A stretch of 53,429 nt of DNA from the NCBI GenBank assembly GCA_034659615.1, contig JAYEHR010000027.1, positions 1-53,429 of the forward strand, read 5' to 3'. The notes under the pieces were generated by a model that did no database searches, was not told the origin of the DNA, and worked only from the letters and a program-made list of their open reading frames with translations. Made by a program: the position numbers and the translations under genes. This document shows, in pieces, positions 1-8,864 of this stretch (position 1 is the first letter of the stretch; each line of letters opens with the position of its first letter). The DNA is from Methanobacteriota archaeon (GTDB lineage: Archaea; Halobacteriota; Methanosarcinia; Methanosarcinales; Methanosarcinaceae).

Positions 1-961
1 AGTGATCCACACTGGGATCACACAGTATATCGAAACATTCAATGATCGAACTCACATCATCGGCGTCATTGAGCATCTGGCGTACCTTGCGACTACCGTC
101 GAGCCCTCTGGTGAACCACTGCGCATGTGATCTAATGTTCATGGACCCCAGCAGGTCAAACCTTTCCAGCAGCCTCACATAGTTGACCAGGTCGTCCCTG
201 CGCTGTGCACATGTGGCAGGAGCAAGGTATTCCCCCGTCTCAAGATAATGGAATATACGATCGAACAGGCGCGGATCTCCCATTGCCGCCCTGCCGATCA
301 TCAATCCATCACATCCGGTATATGCGAGTGCATGTTCTGCGGAGGTCTCGTCCCTGATATCACCGTTCACGATGATGGGTATGGACAGTTCGCTCTTGAT
401 CCGTTTTGCGTATTCGAGATCCGATGTCCCACCGTATTTCTGTGACCGGGTCCTCCCATGAACCGTGATAGCACATGCGCCGGCATCCTCGATAAGCCGG
501 GCGATACGGACCGTCTCATCGATGCTACCAAGTACCCGCATCTTTGCACTCACCGGAGTGGCTATGTTCTCGCTCAGGCTCATGAAGATATCCTGGACCA
601 CATTCATTGACCGTAGTAGTGCAGACCCGCCGCCATTTTTCGTTACAACAGGAAATGGACAGCCCAGGTTGATATCGAACATCGGCGGTGAATATCGTTC
701 TTCCAGGATGCGAGCCGCCGATGTGATATTCTCAGGAGAGTTTCCAAAGAGCTGGATGCCCATGATGCCCTCCTCCTTGCATGTCATAGCCCTGCGAAAT
801 GTGTTAGGATTGTTATTGAGGACCGCATCCGAGCTGATCATCTCAGTGTACGTTACCGAAGCGCCGTGCTGTTTGCACAGCAATCGGTATGCAAGGTTGG
901 TCACACCCGCCAGAGGCGCGAAGAGAATGTTGCCTGATATCTTGTATCCGCCGATATTCAT
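1..961 (-). CDS. tRNA-dihydrouridine synthase (Dus family); 3' end runs off the window start
   Basis: Absent from the ORF track because it is open at the window edge. My minus-strand translation from ATG (complement of 959-961) reads MNIGGYKISGNILFAPLAGVTNLAYRLLCKQHGASVTYTEMISSDAV...ITVHGRTRSQKYGG...MIGRAAMGDP, a typical Dus FMN TIM-barrel pattern. The track ORF 465-974(+) is its antisense shadow. Confidence 0.8.
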   Translation of the reverse strand, partial: MNIGGYKISGNILFAPLAGVTNLAYRLLCKQHGASVTYTEMISSDAVLNNNPNTFRRAMTCKEEGIMGIQLFGNSPENITSAARILEERYSPPMFDINLGCPFPVVTKNGGGSALLRSMNVVQDIFMSLSENIATPVSAKMRVLGSIDETVRIARLIEDAGACAITVHGRTRSQKYGGTSDLEYAKRIKSELSIPIIVNGDIRDETSAEHALAYTGCDGLMIGRAAMGDPRLFDRIFHYLETGEYLAPATCAQRRDDLVNYVRLLERFDLLGSMNIRSHAQWFTRGLDGSRKVRQMLNDADDVSSIIECFDILCDPSVDH

Positions 962-1081
962 CAGACATTCATGACGGGTAAGAATATATAAATAATCACA
1001 CCATGGTATCCCAAAATAGTATCCCAAAATAGTAGCCCATATATCAACCAATAGTTAATCCACATATCAACACTCATCAGG

Positions 1082-1633
1082 ATGGAAAAAATGAAGATAA
1101 TAGCTTTTGTAGGAATGCCAGCATCAGGTAAATCAGAAGCCGCACATGTTGTACATAACATGGGTATTGATGTCGTCAATATGGGAAACGTGATACGCGA
1201 AGAGGTGATACGTAGAGGCCTTGAACCTACTGACGCGAACACCGGAGGTGTGGCCAATGACCTTAGAGATAAAGAGGGGATGGATAGCGTTGCAAAACGG
1301 TGTATCCCTAAGATCAGGGACGTCGGGTCAGATATCGTGATCGTTGATGGCGTGCGAGGAATTGCAGAGGTAGAATGTTTCAAGAAAGAGTTCGGTAACG
1401 AATTTACTCTGATCTCCATAGATTCACCCCTTGAGGTGCGTTTTGCACGGGTCCAGAAGCGTGGCCGAAGTGATGATATGACAAATATCAATGCGCTTCT
1501 ACGCAGGGATGAACGAGAAATGGGGTGGGGTATGGCAGAAGCCATTGAAGTTGCTGACGTCGTCATTGAGAACACTGCCGGCCTTGATGAGTTCAGACAG
1601 AAGATCAAGGATACCCTGGAAGTAGATCAATGA
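1082..1633 (+). CDS. UPF0200-family P-loop nucleotide kinase-like protein (adenylate/dephospho-CoA kinase fold)
   Basis: 183-aa ORF with N-terminal Walker A GMPASGKS. Its size and pattern match the archaeal UPF0200 family. It has a 4-nt ATGA overlap with the next gene. Confidence 0.75.
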   Translation: MEKMKIIAFVGMPASGKSEAAHVVHNMGIDVVNMGNVIREEVIRRGLEPTDANTGGVANDLRDKEGMDSVAKRCIPKIRDVGSDIVIVDGVRGIAEVECFKKEFGNEFTLISIDSPLEVRFARVQKRGRSDDMTNINALLRRDEREMGWGMAEAIEVADVVIENTAGLDEFRQKIKDTLEVDQ

Positions 1634-2067
1634 TCAAGGTCGAAGTGTGGGCTGATGTGAACCCCACAGAAAAGGTCGAACTGGTGGAAGAAGCTGTCAG
1701 GAATATCATTGATATAGCAGATCTCGAGGTCCCGGACAGTGACGATCGCGTATCTGGTCAGGGGGGTGTGGATGCACTTCGTCATCTGCATGCTCTTCTC
1801 AGAAGTGAGCAGATCCTTGACACGGCCAGGACCCAGTTATATGTGGGGCTGGATGCCACAGGGACCTCCACCCAGATCAGGATCAACAAACAGGTAGCCA
1901 CTGTGAAGCGACTGAACTTCCCTGCCCAGAAAGAGTCACTGGGTTCGATACATGTCCGCATCCGGGCAGATGATGAAAAGGAGATGGAAACACTTGCCGA
2001 CTGGCTTGCCCCGCCCACAGAGGATGGAACACCACTGTATGAGATCGATATGCCAGAGAACGAATGA
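1630..2067 (+). CDS. UPF0201-family (COG1931) predicted RNA-binding protein
   Basis: 145-aa ORF translationally coupled to the UPF0200 gene. This pairing is recurrent in archaea. Confidence 0.6.
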   Translation: MIKVEVWADVNPTEKVELVEEAVRNIIDIADLEVPDSDDRVSGQGGVDALRHLHALLRSEQILDTARTQLYVGLDATGTSTQIRINKQVATVKRLNFPAQKESLGSIHVRIRADDEKEMETLADWLAPPTEDGTPLYEIDMPENE

Positions 2068-2098
2068 ACGACAGGTACAAATGAGTGAGTGAGAACGG

Positions 2099-2881
2099 AT
2101 GTGCAGTATGAGGATCAAGAGGATAAGTTTCTCATCCAGACGTGCCTGCGGGGATGCTTTTGACTGGGCCTACGGACTTGAGGATATGGGTTATACCGGC
2201 TGGGAGATCGTTCAGGAGGGGGAACAGTGCCTGAAACAGGATAACATTGGTCTCGTACGTGACATCCATGACACCACCGATCTCGAGCTGAGCCTGCACC
2301 TCCCGTTCTCGGATATGAATCTGGCATCCCTCAACCCGGGCATACATCAGGAGATCCTCCGACAGATGGAAGATTATCTGGAGCTGGCATCCGACTTTGT
2401 AGAACTTGCAGTGGTGCACCCCGGATATCTCTCCCCTTACGGAGTCCAGGTTCCCGACAAGGCCTGGGAGCAGAACGTACGATCTCTTCAACAACTATCG
2501 GACATAGCAGAGGAGCACGGCATCCTCCTGGCCGTTGAGAACATGCCAGACCTTGCCCTTGTATTTGGACGAACGCCTGAGGAGATGCTGGAACTGATCG
2601 ATGATGCCGGACGGGAAAACATCAAAATGACGTTCGATGTGGGACACGCCAATACAATGGGCCTGGTGGACGAGTTCATGATCGCCTGTAGGGATCATAT
2701 ATCACATATACACATACACGACAACCACGGTACAAAAGATGAGCACCTGCCATTGGGCAAGGGGAACATTGACTGGGAGCGATTATTTGGAGAACTGTCC
2801 CATTATACAGGAACCTTCGTCACGGAGATGACGGATCTAAATGAAGGGGCGCAGTGTCTTGAGTATCTGAAAGAAATGTGA
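2099..2881 (+). CDS. sugar phosphate isomerase/epimerase (xylose-isomerase-like TIM barrel)
   Basis: 260 aa with metal-site-like motifs VVHPGY, AVENM, FDVGHAN and HIHIHDN, typical of the AP-endonuclease-2/xylose isomerase-like fold. The start could be ATG 2099 or 2108. Confidence 0.75.
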   Translation: MCSMRIKRISFSSRRACGDAFDWAYGLEDMGYTGWEIVQEGEQCLKQDNIGLVRDIHDTTDLELSLHLPFSDMNLASLNPGIHQEILRQMEDYLELASDFVELAVVHPGYLSPYGVQVPDKAWEQNVRSLQQLSDIAEEHGILLAVENMPDLALVFGRTPEEMLELIDDAGRENIKMTFDVGHANTMGLVDEFMIACRDHISHIHIHDNHGTKDEHLPLGKGNIDWERLFGELSHYTGTFVTEMTDLNEGAQCLEYLKEM

Positions 2882-2914
2882 CGATTATACTTGGGAATTG
2901 GCAACCCGTCCAGT

Positions 2915-3094
2915 TTACTTTTCCGGTTCATCGATGCGCCCATGCCGCCTATCTATATCATCCATCAGGTCCAGCATTTTGCGTATGGCCGTGCGTATAG
3001 CATCGGACTGGCTGACGAACTTCTTATTATTTCCCACATGAGCGTTCAGGTCATCCAGCAGCTCATTGGGAATATCAACACTGACCTTTGGCAT
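2915..3094 (-). CDS. ribbon-helix-helix (CopG/MetJ-type) DNA-binding protein, 59 aa
   Basis: The track ORF 2915-3199 is trimmed to the internal ATG at 3094. MPKVSVDIPNELLDDLNAHVG...SQSDAIRTAIRKML is a classic RHH beta-strand plus two helices. No partner toxin gene is adjacent. Confidence 0.6.
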   Translation of the reverse strand: MPKVSVDIPNELLDDLNAHVGNNKKFVSQSDAIRTAIRKMLDLMDDIDRRHGRIDEPEK

Positions 3095-3221
3095 TGTCAA
3101 ACCTCGTGATATGAGATAATGAACATATCTTATGATACATATAATGACCTGAATAGGTCGAATAAGGATCATGAAACGACCCCGACGCCTAGGGCTCAAA
3201 GAATTAACCCTAAGGAGAAAA

Positions 3222-3295
3222 CGAGCCGGAAGGGATTTGAACCCTCGGCCGATGGATTAAGAGTCCATCGCTCTGCCTGACTAAGCTACCGGCCC
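3222..3295 (-). tRNA. tRNA-Lys (anticodon CUU)
   Basis: Hand-folded 74-nt cloverleaf: GGGCCGG/CCGGCTC acceptor, anticodon stem ATGGA/TCCAT with loop CTCTTAA, T-loop TTCAAAT. CCA is not encoded. It is followed on its strand by TTTTCTCC. Confidence 0.95.
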
Positions 3296-3480
3296 ACATT
3301 TCATACACGGACTTGCCTTCATACGTACTTCCCTGATATATACATTTCGGTGATGAGCAAAATAACAAAAGCGATGGCAGCAGGGGATTAACTGTAGCAG
3401 ATCACTACCATCTGGACTTACCTCTGACATCCGGGATAACCACTACTATTTGGGTTACCCATTCCCCTCCGGGCTAGCCA

Positions 3481-5301
3481 TCACCCATGTTTCACAACAC
3501 ACTTCGGGAGCCCCGTGACCTCCACCATATCGCTATTGTCAGGACTCTGGACGATCATCTGCCCCTTTTTCAGGTATGGTATCCGTTTCTCGTATTCCTT
3601 CTGCACTTTCATGACATTGATGGCAGCATCGTTGGACAGGTTGAGGATAATGCGTGTATTGATCTGTTTGAACACAGTATCATCGATGTCCTGCGGGTCC
3701 TGGGTGATCAGGAACAGGCCCAGTGCTTCCTTTCGACCCTGCCGGGCAGCATCTGCGAACCTTGAGATGATCATCCTCGAGTGGGCGCTGGAGGAACGGG
3801 ACAGGTAACGATGCGCCTCATCCAGCGTCAGTATCACTGGCGTATCCTTGACCGCCGCATCTCCGGATGTGCTCAATTTGTTGTCAACGATCATCGTCAT
3901 CAGTGTAAGGGTGATCAGGTCACGTATCCTGGAATTGTTGATATATTCCGTAGGGAACACGCTGACCTGTCCAGGTTTGAACACATCGGCCAGTATGTCC
4001 GTGATGGGAGTGGCAGATTGGTCGAACACCCTGTCGAACGAACGGTTCCTGACCTTCCTCACGATCGCATCGTAGGAAGCTTCATGGACCTTTCCGCTGT
4101 CCACGTAGGTAGTACGTGTGCCCTCGTTATCGATGAACGAGACGAATCCCCGGTAGGTATGCGTCCCCGATCTCTTGAAGTAGTCCTCAAGCAGGACCTC
4201 AAGAGCGATATACTGGAGTTCGGAGAGTTCTGCCGCTGCGATCAGCCAGGAATTGTTCCTGACCAGTTCAAAGGGAATGGTGAACTCCACCTGCTGCGCC
4301 CTGGACCTGCCATTGTAAGAATGCCCCTTGACCTTTGCGACAAAGGTCCGCGTCCTTGACCATGCCCCATGTTCCACCATCTCGGAGCCAAGGGCAAGCT
4401 CGTCGCCTGGGCTTAGTTCCTGATTGTCCTCGAAGAACTGGGAGTATTCGTCCTGAGGGTCCATAATAACCAGACAGGGGTTCTTACGGACCTCAGCATT
4501 ACTGCGTAAACTGTACCGGTTGTCCTCGTTCATGAACTGGCGGAGGATATTCTTTGTCAGGAACGTCTTGCCTGTTCCCGTACTGCCGCATACCAGCATG
4601 TGACGGAAAACAAGGGGATCGCCCATAGAGTAATCATTCCTGAGATAATATGGTACTGTGGAGGGAACCGCATCTGTCCTGACCAGTTCACCACCCACGC
4701 TAAGGTGTCCGAGGAAGATCCCCTCACGCGGGATGTTCAGACCGGTCTGTATCTTTACCTTTTCAGTGACCGGTAATATAGGCGTGTTCGGGCGCGGGAT
4801 CCTGTCCGCCATCCGGCGCGTGAGCACAGCCTCGCCATCCCCTTGCTGCTCATACAGGATGCAGATGGGATCCAGGTATGCAAGATACTTGTAGTCTTCT
4901 TCCTGAGTGGTATTGGATCGTAGCATTCGTCTTGAATGTATCTCTGTCGCATCATCAACATCGAATTCCTGAACATATTGCAGTTTCCAGACACGTGCGA
5001 ACAGATCCTCATCACCATAGGGCACCACTACATAGGTCCCCAGACGAACCTGGGAGCGGTTGGATGTGGTAATATATCCTGTCAGCCTGGCACTGGACTC
5101 GGTCACTTCCAGAGGTTCGATACCGGTCGTGATGGTACCGAACGCCCTTCCAAGCTCATCCGGACCCGGGGGCAGCATGCCCATCTGTTTCGTATCGAAT
5201 TCTTCGAATGCATATTCATCGTCTGCCACAGGCACATCCTCCGCATCGCACGGCATCTCTTCGCTATCGTACGCATATGCAAGAATATCAGGATCATTCA
5301 T
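3481..5301 (-). CDS. herA: HerA-type (DUF87) hexameric ATPase/helicase
   Basis: Walker A CGSTGTGKT and Walker B ILTLDEAH, with an N-terminal barrel region (RLGTYVVVPYGDEDLFARV). It sits directly downstream of a NurA-like gene and overlaps it. I prefer ATG 5301; GTG 5313 is the track start. Confidence 0.85.
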   Translation of the reverse strand: MNDPDILAYAYDSEEMPCDAEDVPVADDEYAFEEFDTKQMGMLPPGPDELGRAFGTITTGIEPLEVTESSARLTGYITTSNRSQVRLGTYVVVPYGDEDLFARVWKLQYVQEFDVDDATEIHSRRMLRSNTTQEEDYKYLAYLDPICILYEQQGDGEAVLTRRMADRIPRPNTPILPVTEKVKIQTGLNIPREGIFLGHLSVGGELVRTDAVPSTVPYYLRNDYSMGDPLVFRHMLVCGSTGTGKTFLTKNILRQFMNEDNRYSLRSNAEVRKNPCLVIMDPQDEYSQFFEDNQELSPGDELALGSEMVEHGAWSRTRTFVAKVKGHSYNGRSRAQQVEFTIPFELVRNNSWLIAAAELSELQYIALEVLLEDYFKRSGTHTYRGFVSFIDNEGTRTTYVDSGKVHEASYDAIVRKVRNRSFDRVFDQSATPITDILADVFKPGQVSVFPTEYINNSRIRDLITLTLMTMIVDNKLSTSGDAAVKDTPVILTLDEAHRYLSRSSSAHSRMIISRFADAARQGRKEALGLFLITQDPQDIDDTVFKQINTRIILNLSNDAAINVMKVQKEYEKRIPYLKKGQMIVQSPDNSDMVEVTGLPKCVVKHG

Positions 5302-6547
5302 CTTCGAACTCACTCCATCGTATATCGTTGTACTTTGTATCCATTGTTAGTTCTTTGAACTGGTCGATTATCTGACGGCGTTCGACCAGCCGTACCTTAG
5401 CAAGGGTATCTGCTTTGGATAGCGTTTCCGGTATGCCATTGATCGCTATGTCATACAGTACTTTTCTTGTGATCGTCTCGCGCATATCCTCATCCCTGGT
5501 GAGCCCGTACGGGGACTCGATCTTGAACATCACGTTCATGGACGGTACATGGACCATGAAGAACGTGAGTGAATAGTCCTCTTTCGGGAAGCGGTGTGTG
5601 AGCCGTTCCTCCATCAATGGGGATGTCGTTGCCATCATGCTCTCATAGAACTGGTTCGGTTGCATGAACCAGTTGGTATAGGTGATATACCTGTTTTTCT
5701 CAGAGTGCCTGGGTTTCAGGATGCTCTTGAAGAACTGGGCATCCATCAACCATGGAATATCCCCCATATCATCCCTTTTTCTCAGTGTCCGTATGATCTG
5801 CATGTCCTCGGGGTTCTTGACAAATCCTATGAGAGGGATGCGATTCTCCAGGTGATGGTCCATTATGTCAATATAGTTCTGAAGGATCTGCCTTGCATAA
5901 GGATCATACCGTATCTGTACCTCATCGGATTCCACGACCATCCAGTACATTAGCTGTTTGGGATAGATGGGACCATCCATGATCAAGAGACTGTCCTCTG
6001 TGAACCGATCCATCATCCACAGGATGTGTTCCGATTCTGCCAGATACAGTGCAATATTATGTACCAGTCTACTGATCCTGGTCTGCAGAAGCCCCGGCTG
6101 GATGCGTACGATCTTCGAGCGTCCCGATCCGTCGTCAAAGTCGTCCCAGCCATCAGTGGTATCAATGATCACGCTGCTACTTGGAGAATAGGTGGCAGCA
6201 ACGATCGTCCTCTTTGAATGGATCTCAAGGTCCGTTGGAGTGGATGCAAGGGCAGAATGACAGAAGTCCACAGACAGACCATTATCAAAGGTGAATGGAT
6301 TCGTACTTCCACCATCACATGAAAAGGTCCTTGGTATCGGGTCCTGTGCACGGGACATCCTTTCGACATCCACTTTGGAACGATATACCCTTCCAAGGGA
6401 TCGCAGGACCAGATTCCCATCGTACCAGAGTTCACGGAGCAGCTCAAGGAACTCACTGGAACTCTCCGTGTCCTCATCCTGGATAGAGAATTCGATGCGG
6501 GATGCAAGATCAGATATCGCTTTAATATGGACTGGATCAAGGGTCAT
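5294..6547 (-). CDS. nurA: NurA-domain 5'-3' nuclease
   Basis: About 417 aa with LLIMDGPIYP (NurA-like DG motif), positioned immediately upstream of herA. I prefer ATG 6547 over the track TTG at 6556. TATA-like tatatatt lies about 25-30 nt upstream. Confidence 0.7.
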   Translation of the reverse strand: MTLDPVHIKAISDLASRIEFSIQDEDTESSSEFLELLRELWYDGNLVLRSLGRVYRSKVDVERMSRAQDPIPRTFSCDGGSTNPFTFDNGLSVDFCHSALASTPTDLEIHSKRTIVAATYSPSSSVIIDTTDGWDDFDDGSGRSKIVRIQPGLLQTRISRLVHNIALYLAESEHILWMMDRFTEDSLLIMDGPIYPKQLMYWMVVESDEVQIRYDPYARQILQNYIDIMDHHLENRIPLIGFVKNPEDMQIIRTLRKRDDMGDIPWLMDAQFFKSILKPRHSEKNRYITYTNWFMQPNQFYESMMATTSPLMEERLTHRFPKEDYSLTFFMVHVPSMNVMFKIESPYGLTRDEDMRETITRKVLYDIAINGIPETLSKADTLAKVRLVERRQIIDQFKELTMDTKYNDIRWSEFEDE

Positions 6548-6760
6548 TGGATACAATGGGGTTGGATACCAATATATAGGTATTCATGTGGCTTGTATCT
6601 GCCATACCAGTACATCACAAATATATAAAGTACCCATACAATATATATTTGGAGACGCAGTTTATACTTCAATTAACTATATGTAGAATGAAAACAGAAA
6701 TATGGAGTGAATTGAGGAAAACCTTCGCAAACGGCTCATTGATAAAAAGGAGTTATTTCT

Positions 6761-7966
6761 ATAACTGAAAAAAAGATAATTGAAGTCAACAATCTAACCA
6801 AGATATTTGGTAAAAATCCCACAAAAGCGCTTTCCTTTGTTGAAGAAGGTATCTCCAAGGACGATATCTTCGAGAAAACAAAACAGACCGTTGGCCTGTA
6901 TGATGTTAGTTTTGATATAAAAGAAGGCGAGATCTTTGTCCTGATGGGGCTGTCCGGCTCTGGAAAGTCCACTCTTCTGCGCTGTCTGAACCGCCTGATC
7001 GAACCCACTTTCGGGACAGTGACGATCGATGGCGAGGACATTACTGCAGCTGGCAAGGACCGATTGCGGGAAGTCAGAGAACGAAAGATGAGCATGGTGT
7101 TCCAGAACTTTGCCCTGCTCCCACACAGGACCATAATCGATAATGTTGCCTATGGACTTGAGATACAGGGGATGGATAAGGACAAGCGCCATAAAAAAGC
7201 AAAGGTAGCCATCGAGACCGTCGGACTGAAAGGACATGAGTTCAGCAAACCTGCACAGCTTAGCGGAGGTATGCAGCAGCGGGTCGGACTGGCACGTGCG
7301 CTGGCAACCGATCCGGAGATCCTTCTGATGGACGAGGCTTTCAGCGCCCTGGATCCACTTATCCGCAGTGATATGCAGGACGAATTGCTGGAGCTTGAAG
7401 AAACGATGAAAAAGACCATCGTCTTTGTGTCCCACGATCTTGACGAGGCCCTGAAACTGGGCGATCGGATAGCCATTATGAAGGATGGGATGATCGCACA
7501 GGTAGGGACTGCAGAAGAGATCCTGACAGATCCGGCTGATGATTATGTGTCCAAGTTCGTGGCGGGTGTGGACAAGACCAAGATCCTGACCGCAGAGAAC
7601 GTTATGAAACGGCCCGAACCGACAGTAGTGCTGTCCGAGAAATCGGGCCTTACGGTCGCACTGAGGCTTATGGAAAGACATGGTATTTCATCCATCTTTG
7701 TTGTGGATAAGGGCAAGAGGCTCAAAGGACTCGTGACAGCTGATGATGCTGTTGATGGGGTGAGGGACAAAAAGTCATTGTCGGAAATGCTCATTGAGGA
7801 TATACCTGTGACGACACCAGATACTCCCATAAAGGATCTTTTCCCGATACGGGAAGCGACTGCCAAACCCATTGCAGTCGTCAACGATGTTGGCAAACTT
7901 GTAGGCATAATCGTTCGCGGAAGTATCCTTGGAGCACTTAAAAGAAGGGAGGAGGATGAACAATGA
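6761..7966 (+). CDS. opuAA: glycine betaine/proline ABC transporter ATP-binding protein with C-terminal tandem CBS domains
   Basis: GLSGSGKST Walker A, LSGGMQQRVGLARAL signature, LLMDEAFSALD Walker B, and a CBS-like C-terminus. Homology extends 61 codons upstream of the first ATG (6944), where there is no ATG/GTG/TTG. The 5' end is set at ATA 6761, 8 nt after AAGGAG. The start is uncertain. Confidence 0.85.
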   Translation: MTEKKIIEVNNLTKIFGKNPTKALSFVEEGISKDDIFEKTKQTVGLYDVSFDIKEGEIFVLMGLSGSGKSTLLRCLNRLIEPTFGTVTIDGEDITAAGKDRLREVRERKMSMVFQNFALLPHRTIIDNVAYGLEIQGMDKDKRHKKAKVAIETVGLKGHEFSKPAQLSGGMQQRVGLARALATDPEILLMDEAFSALDPLIRSDMQDELLELEETMKKTIVFVSHDLDEALKLGDRIAIMKDGMIAQVGTAEEILTDPADDYVSKFVAGVDKTKILTAENVMKRPEPTVVLSEKSGLTVALRLMERHGISSIFVVDKGKRLKGLVTADDAVDGVRDKKSLSEMLIEDIPVTTPDTPIKDLFPIREATAKPIAVVNDVGKLVGIIVRGSILGALKRREEDEQ

Positions 7967-8793
7967 TCATACCCAGAATACCGTTAGGAGAGGGCGCAGA
8001 GACTGTCGTATACTGGATCGATGATACTTTTGGACCGGTACTTGACGTATTCAGTGCATTATTCAGCTTTTTGATCGATGCTTTCAAGGATGGTCTGCTC
8101 TTAGTACCACCCCTCCTGTTCATTGTGATCATTGCCGCTATTGCATATATGATAGGTAAACGTGACTGGAAACTTGCCTTAGGGACCGGTGTTGGATTTG
8201 CGTTGCTCCAGAGTATGGAACTATGGGAAATGTCCATGGAAACGCTGGCACTGGTGACCGCCTCTGCAGGAGTTGCACTGTTGATCGCCATTCCGGTAGG
8301 AATATTGTCCGCCAAGAGCGAGATGCTTTTCCATATAGTCAAACCGATACTTGATCTTATGCAGACGATGCCTTCTTTCGTATATCTGATCCCGGCTGTG
8401 ATCTTCTTTGGCCTTGGTAATGTACCTGGCCTTATCGCAACCGTGGTCTTCGCTATGCCGCCAGCGATCAGGCTGACCAACCTGGGAATACGCCAGGTGC
8501 CAGAGGAACTGGTAGAGGTGGCAGATGCGTTCGGATCCACGCCCATGCAGAAATTGGTGAAGGTGGAGATCCCGGTAGCACTCAAAACGATCATGGCTGG
8601 CGTGAACCAATGTATAATGCTCTCCCTTTCAATGGTAGTCATCGCTTCGATGATCGGTGCCAGAGGACTTGGATACCAGGTACTGATCGGTATCCAGAGA
8701 GTGGACATCGGTGTTGGTTTTGAGGCAGGGCTTGGTATCGTGATCATCGCGGTGGTCCTGGATAGGCTCACACAGCACCTTACTCCAGAATAA
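7963..8793 (+). CDS. opuAB: glycine betaine/proline ABC transporter permease
   Basis: 276-aa polytopic membrane protein with a 4-nt overlap with the ATPase gene. It has a BPD-transporter EAA-like region (FGSTPMQKLVKVEIPVA). Confidence 0.9.
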   Translation: MIIPRIPLGEGAETVVYWIDDTFGPVLDVFSALFSFLIDAFKDGLLLVPPLLFIVIIAAIAYMIGKRDWKLALGTGVGFALLQSMELWEMSMETLALVTASAGVALLIAIPVGILSAKSEMLFHIVKPILDLMQTMPSFVYLIPAVIFFGLGNVPGLIATVVFAMPPAIRLTNLGIRQVPEELVEVADAFGSTPMQKLVKVEIPVALKTIMAGVNQCIMLSLSMVVIASMIGARGLGYQVLIGIQRVDIGVGFEAGLGIVIIAVVLDRLTQHLTPE

Positions 8794-8864
8794 GATTCAT
8801 GGTCCCTTTGGGATCATTATTATTTTTTTTGAGAAAGAATTTACAATAAAGGAGGTAAGATAAG

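Noticed and set aside
465-974. 169-aa plus-strand ORF at the window start.
   Set aside because: The minus strand here encodes a clear Dus-family protein across 1-961, so the plus-strand ORF is its shadow.
3349-3428. C/D-box sRNA: GTGATGA at 3350-3356 with CTGA at about 3424.
   Set aside because: The spacing of about 70 nt is too long. No internal D'/C' boxes occur at the expected distances, and there is no terminal stem. It is probably a chance match inside the tRNA-Lys/herA spacer.
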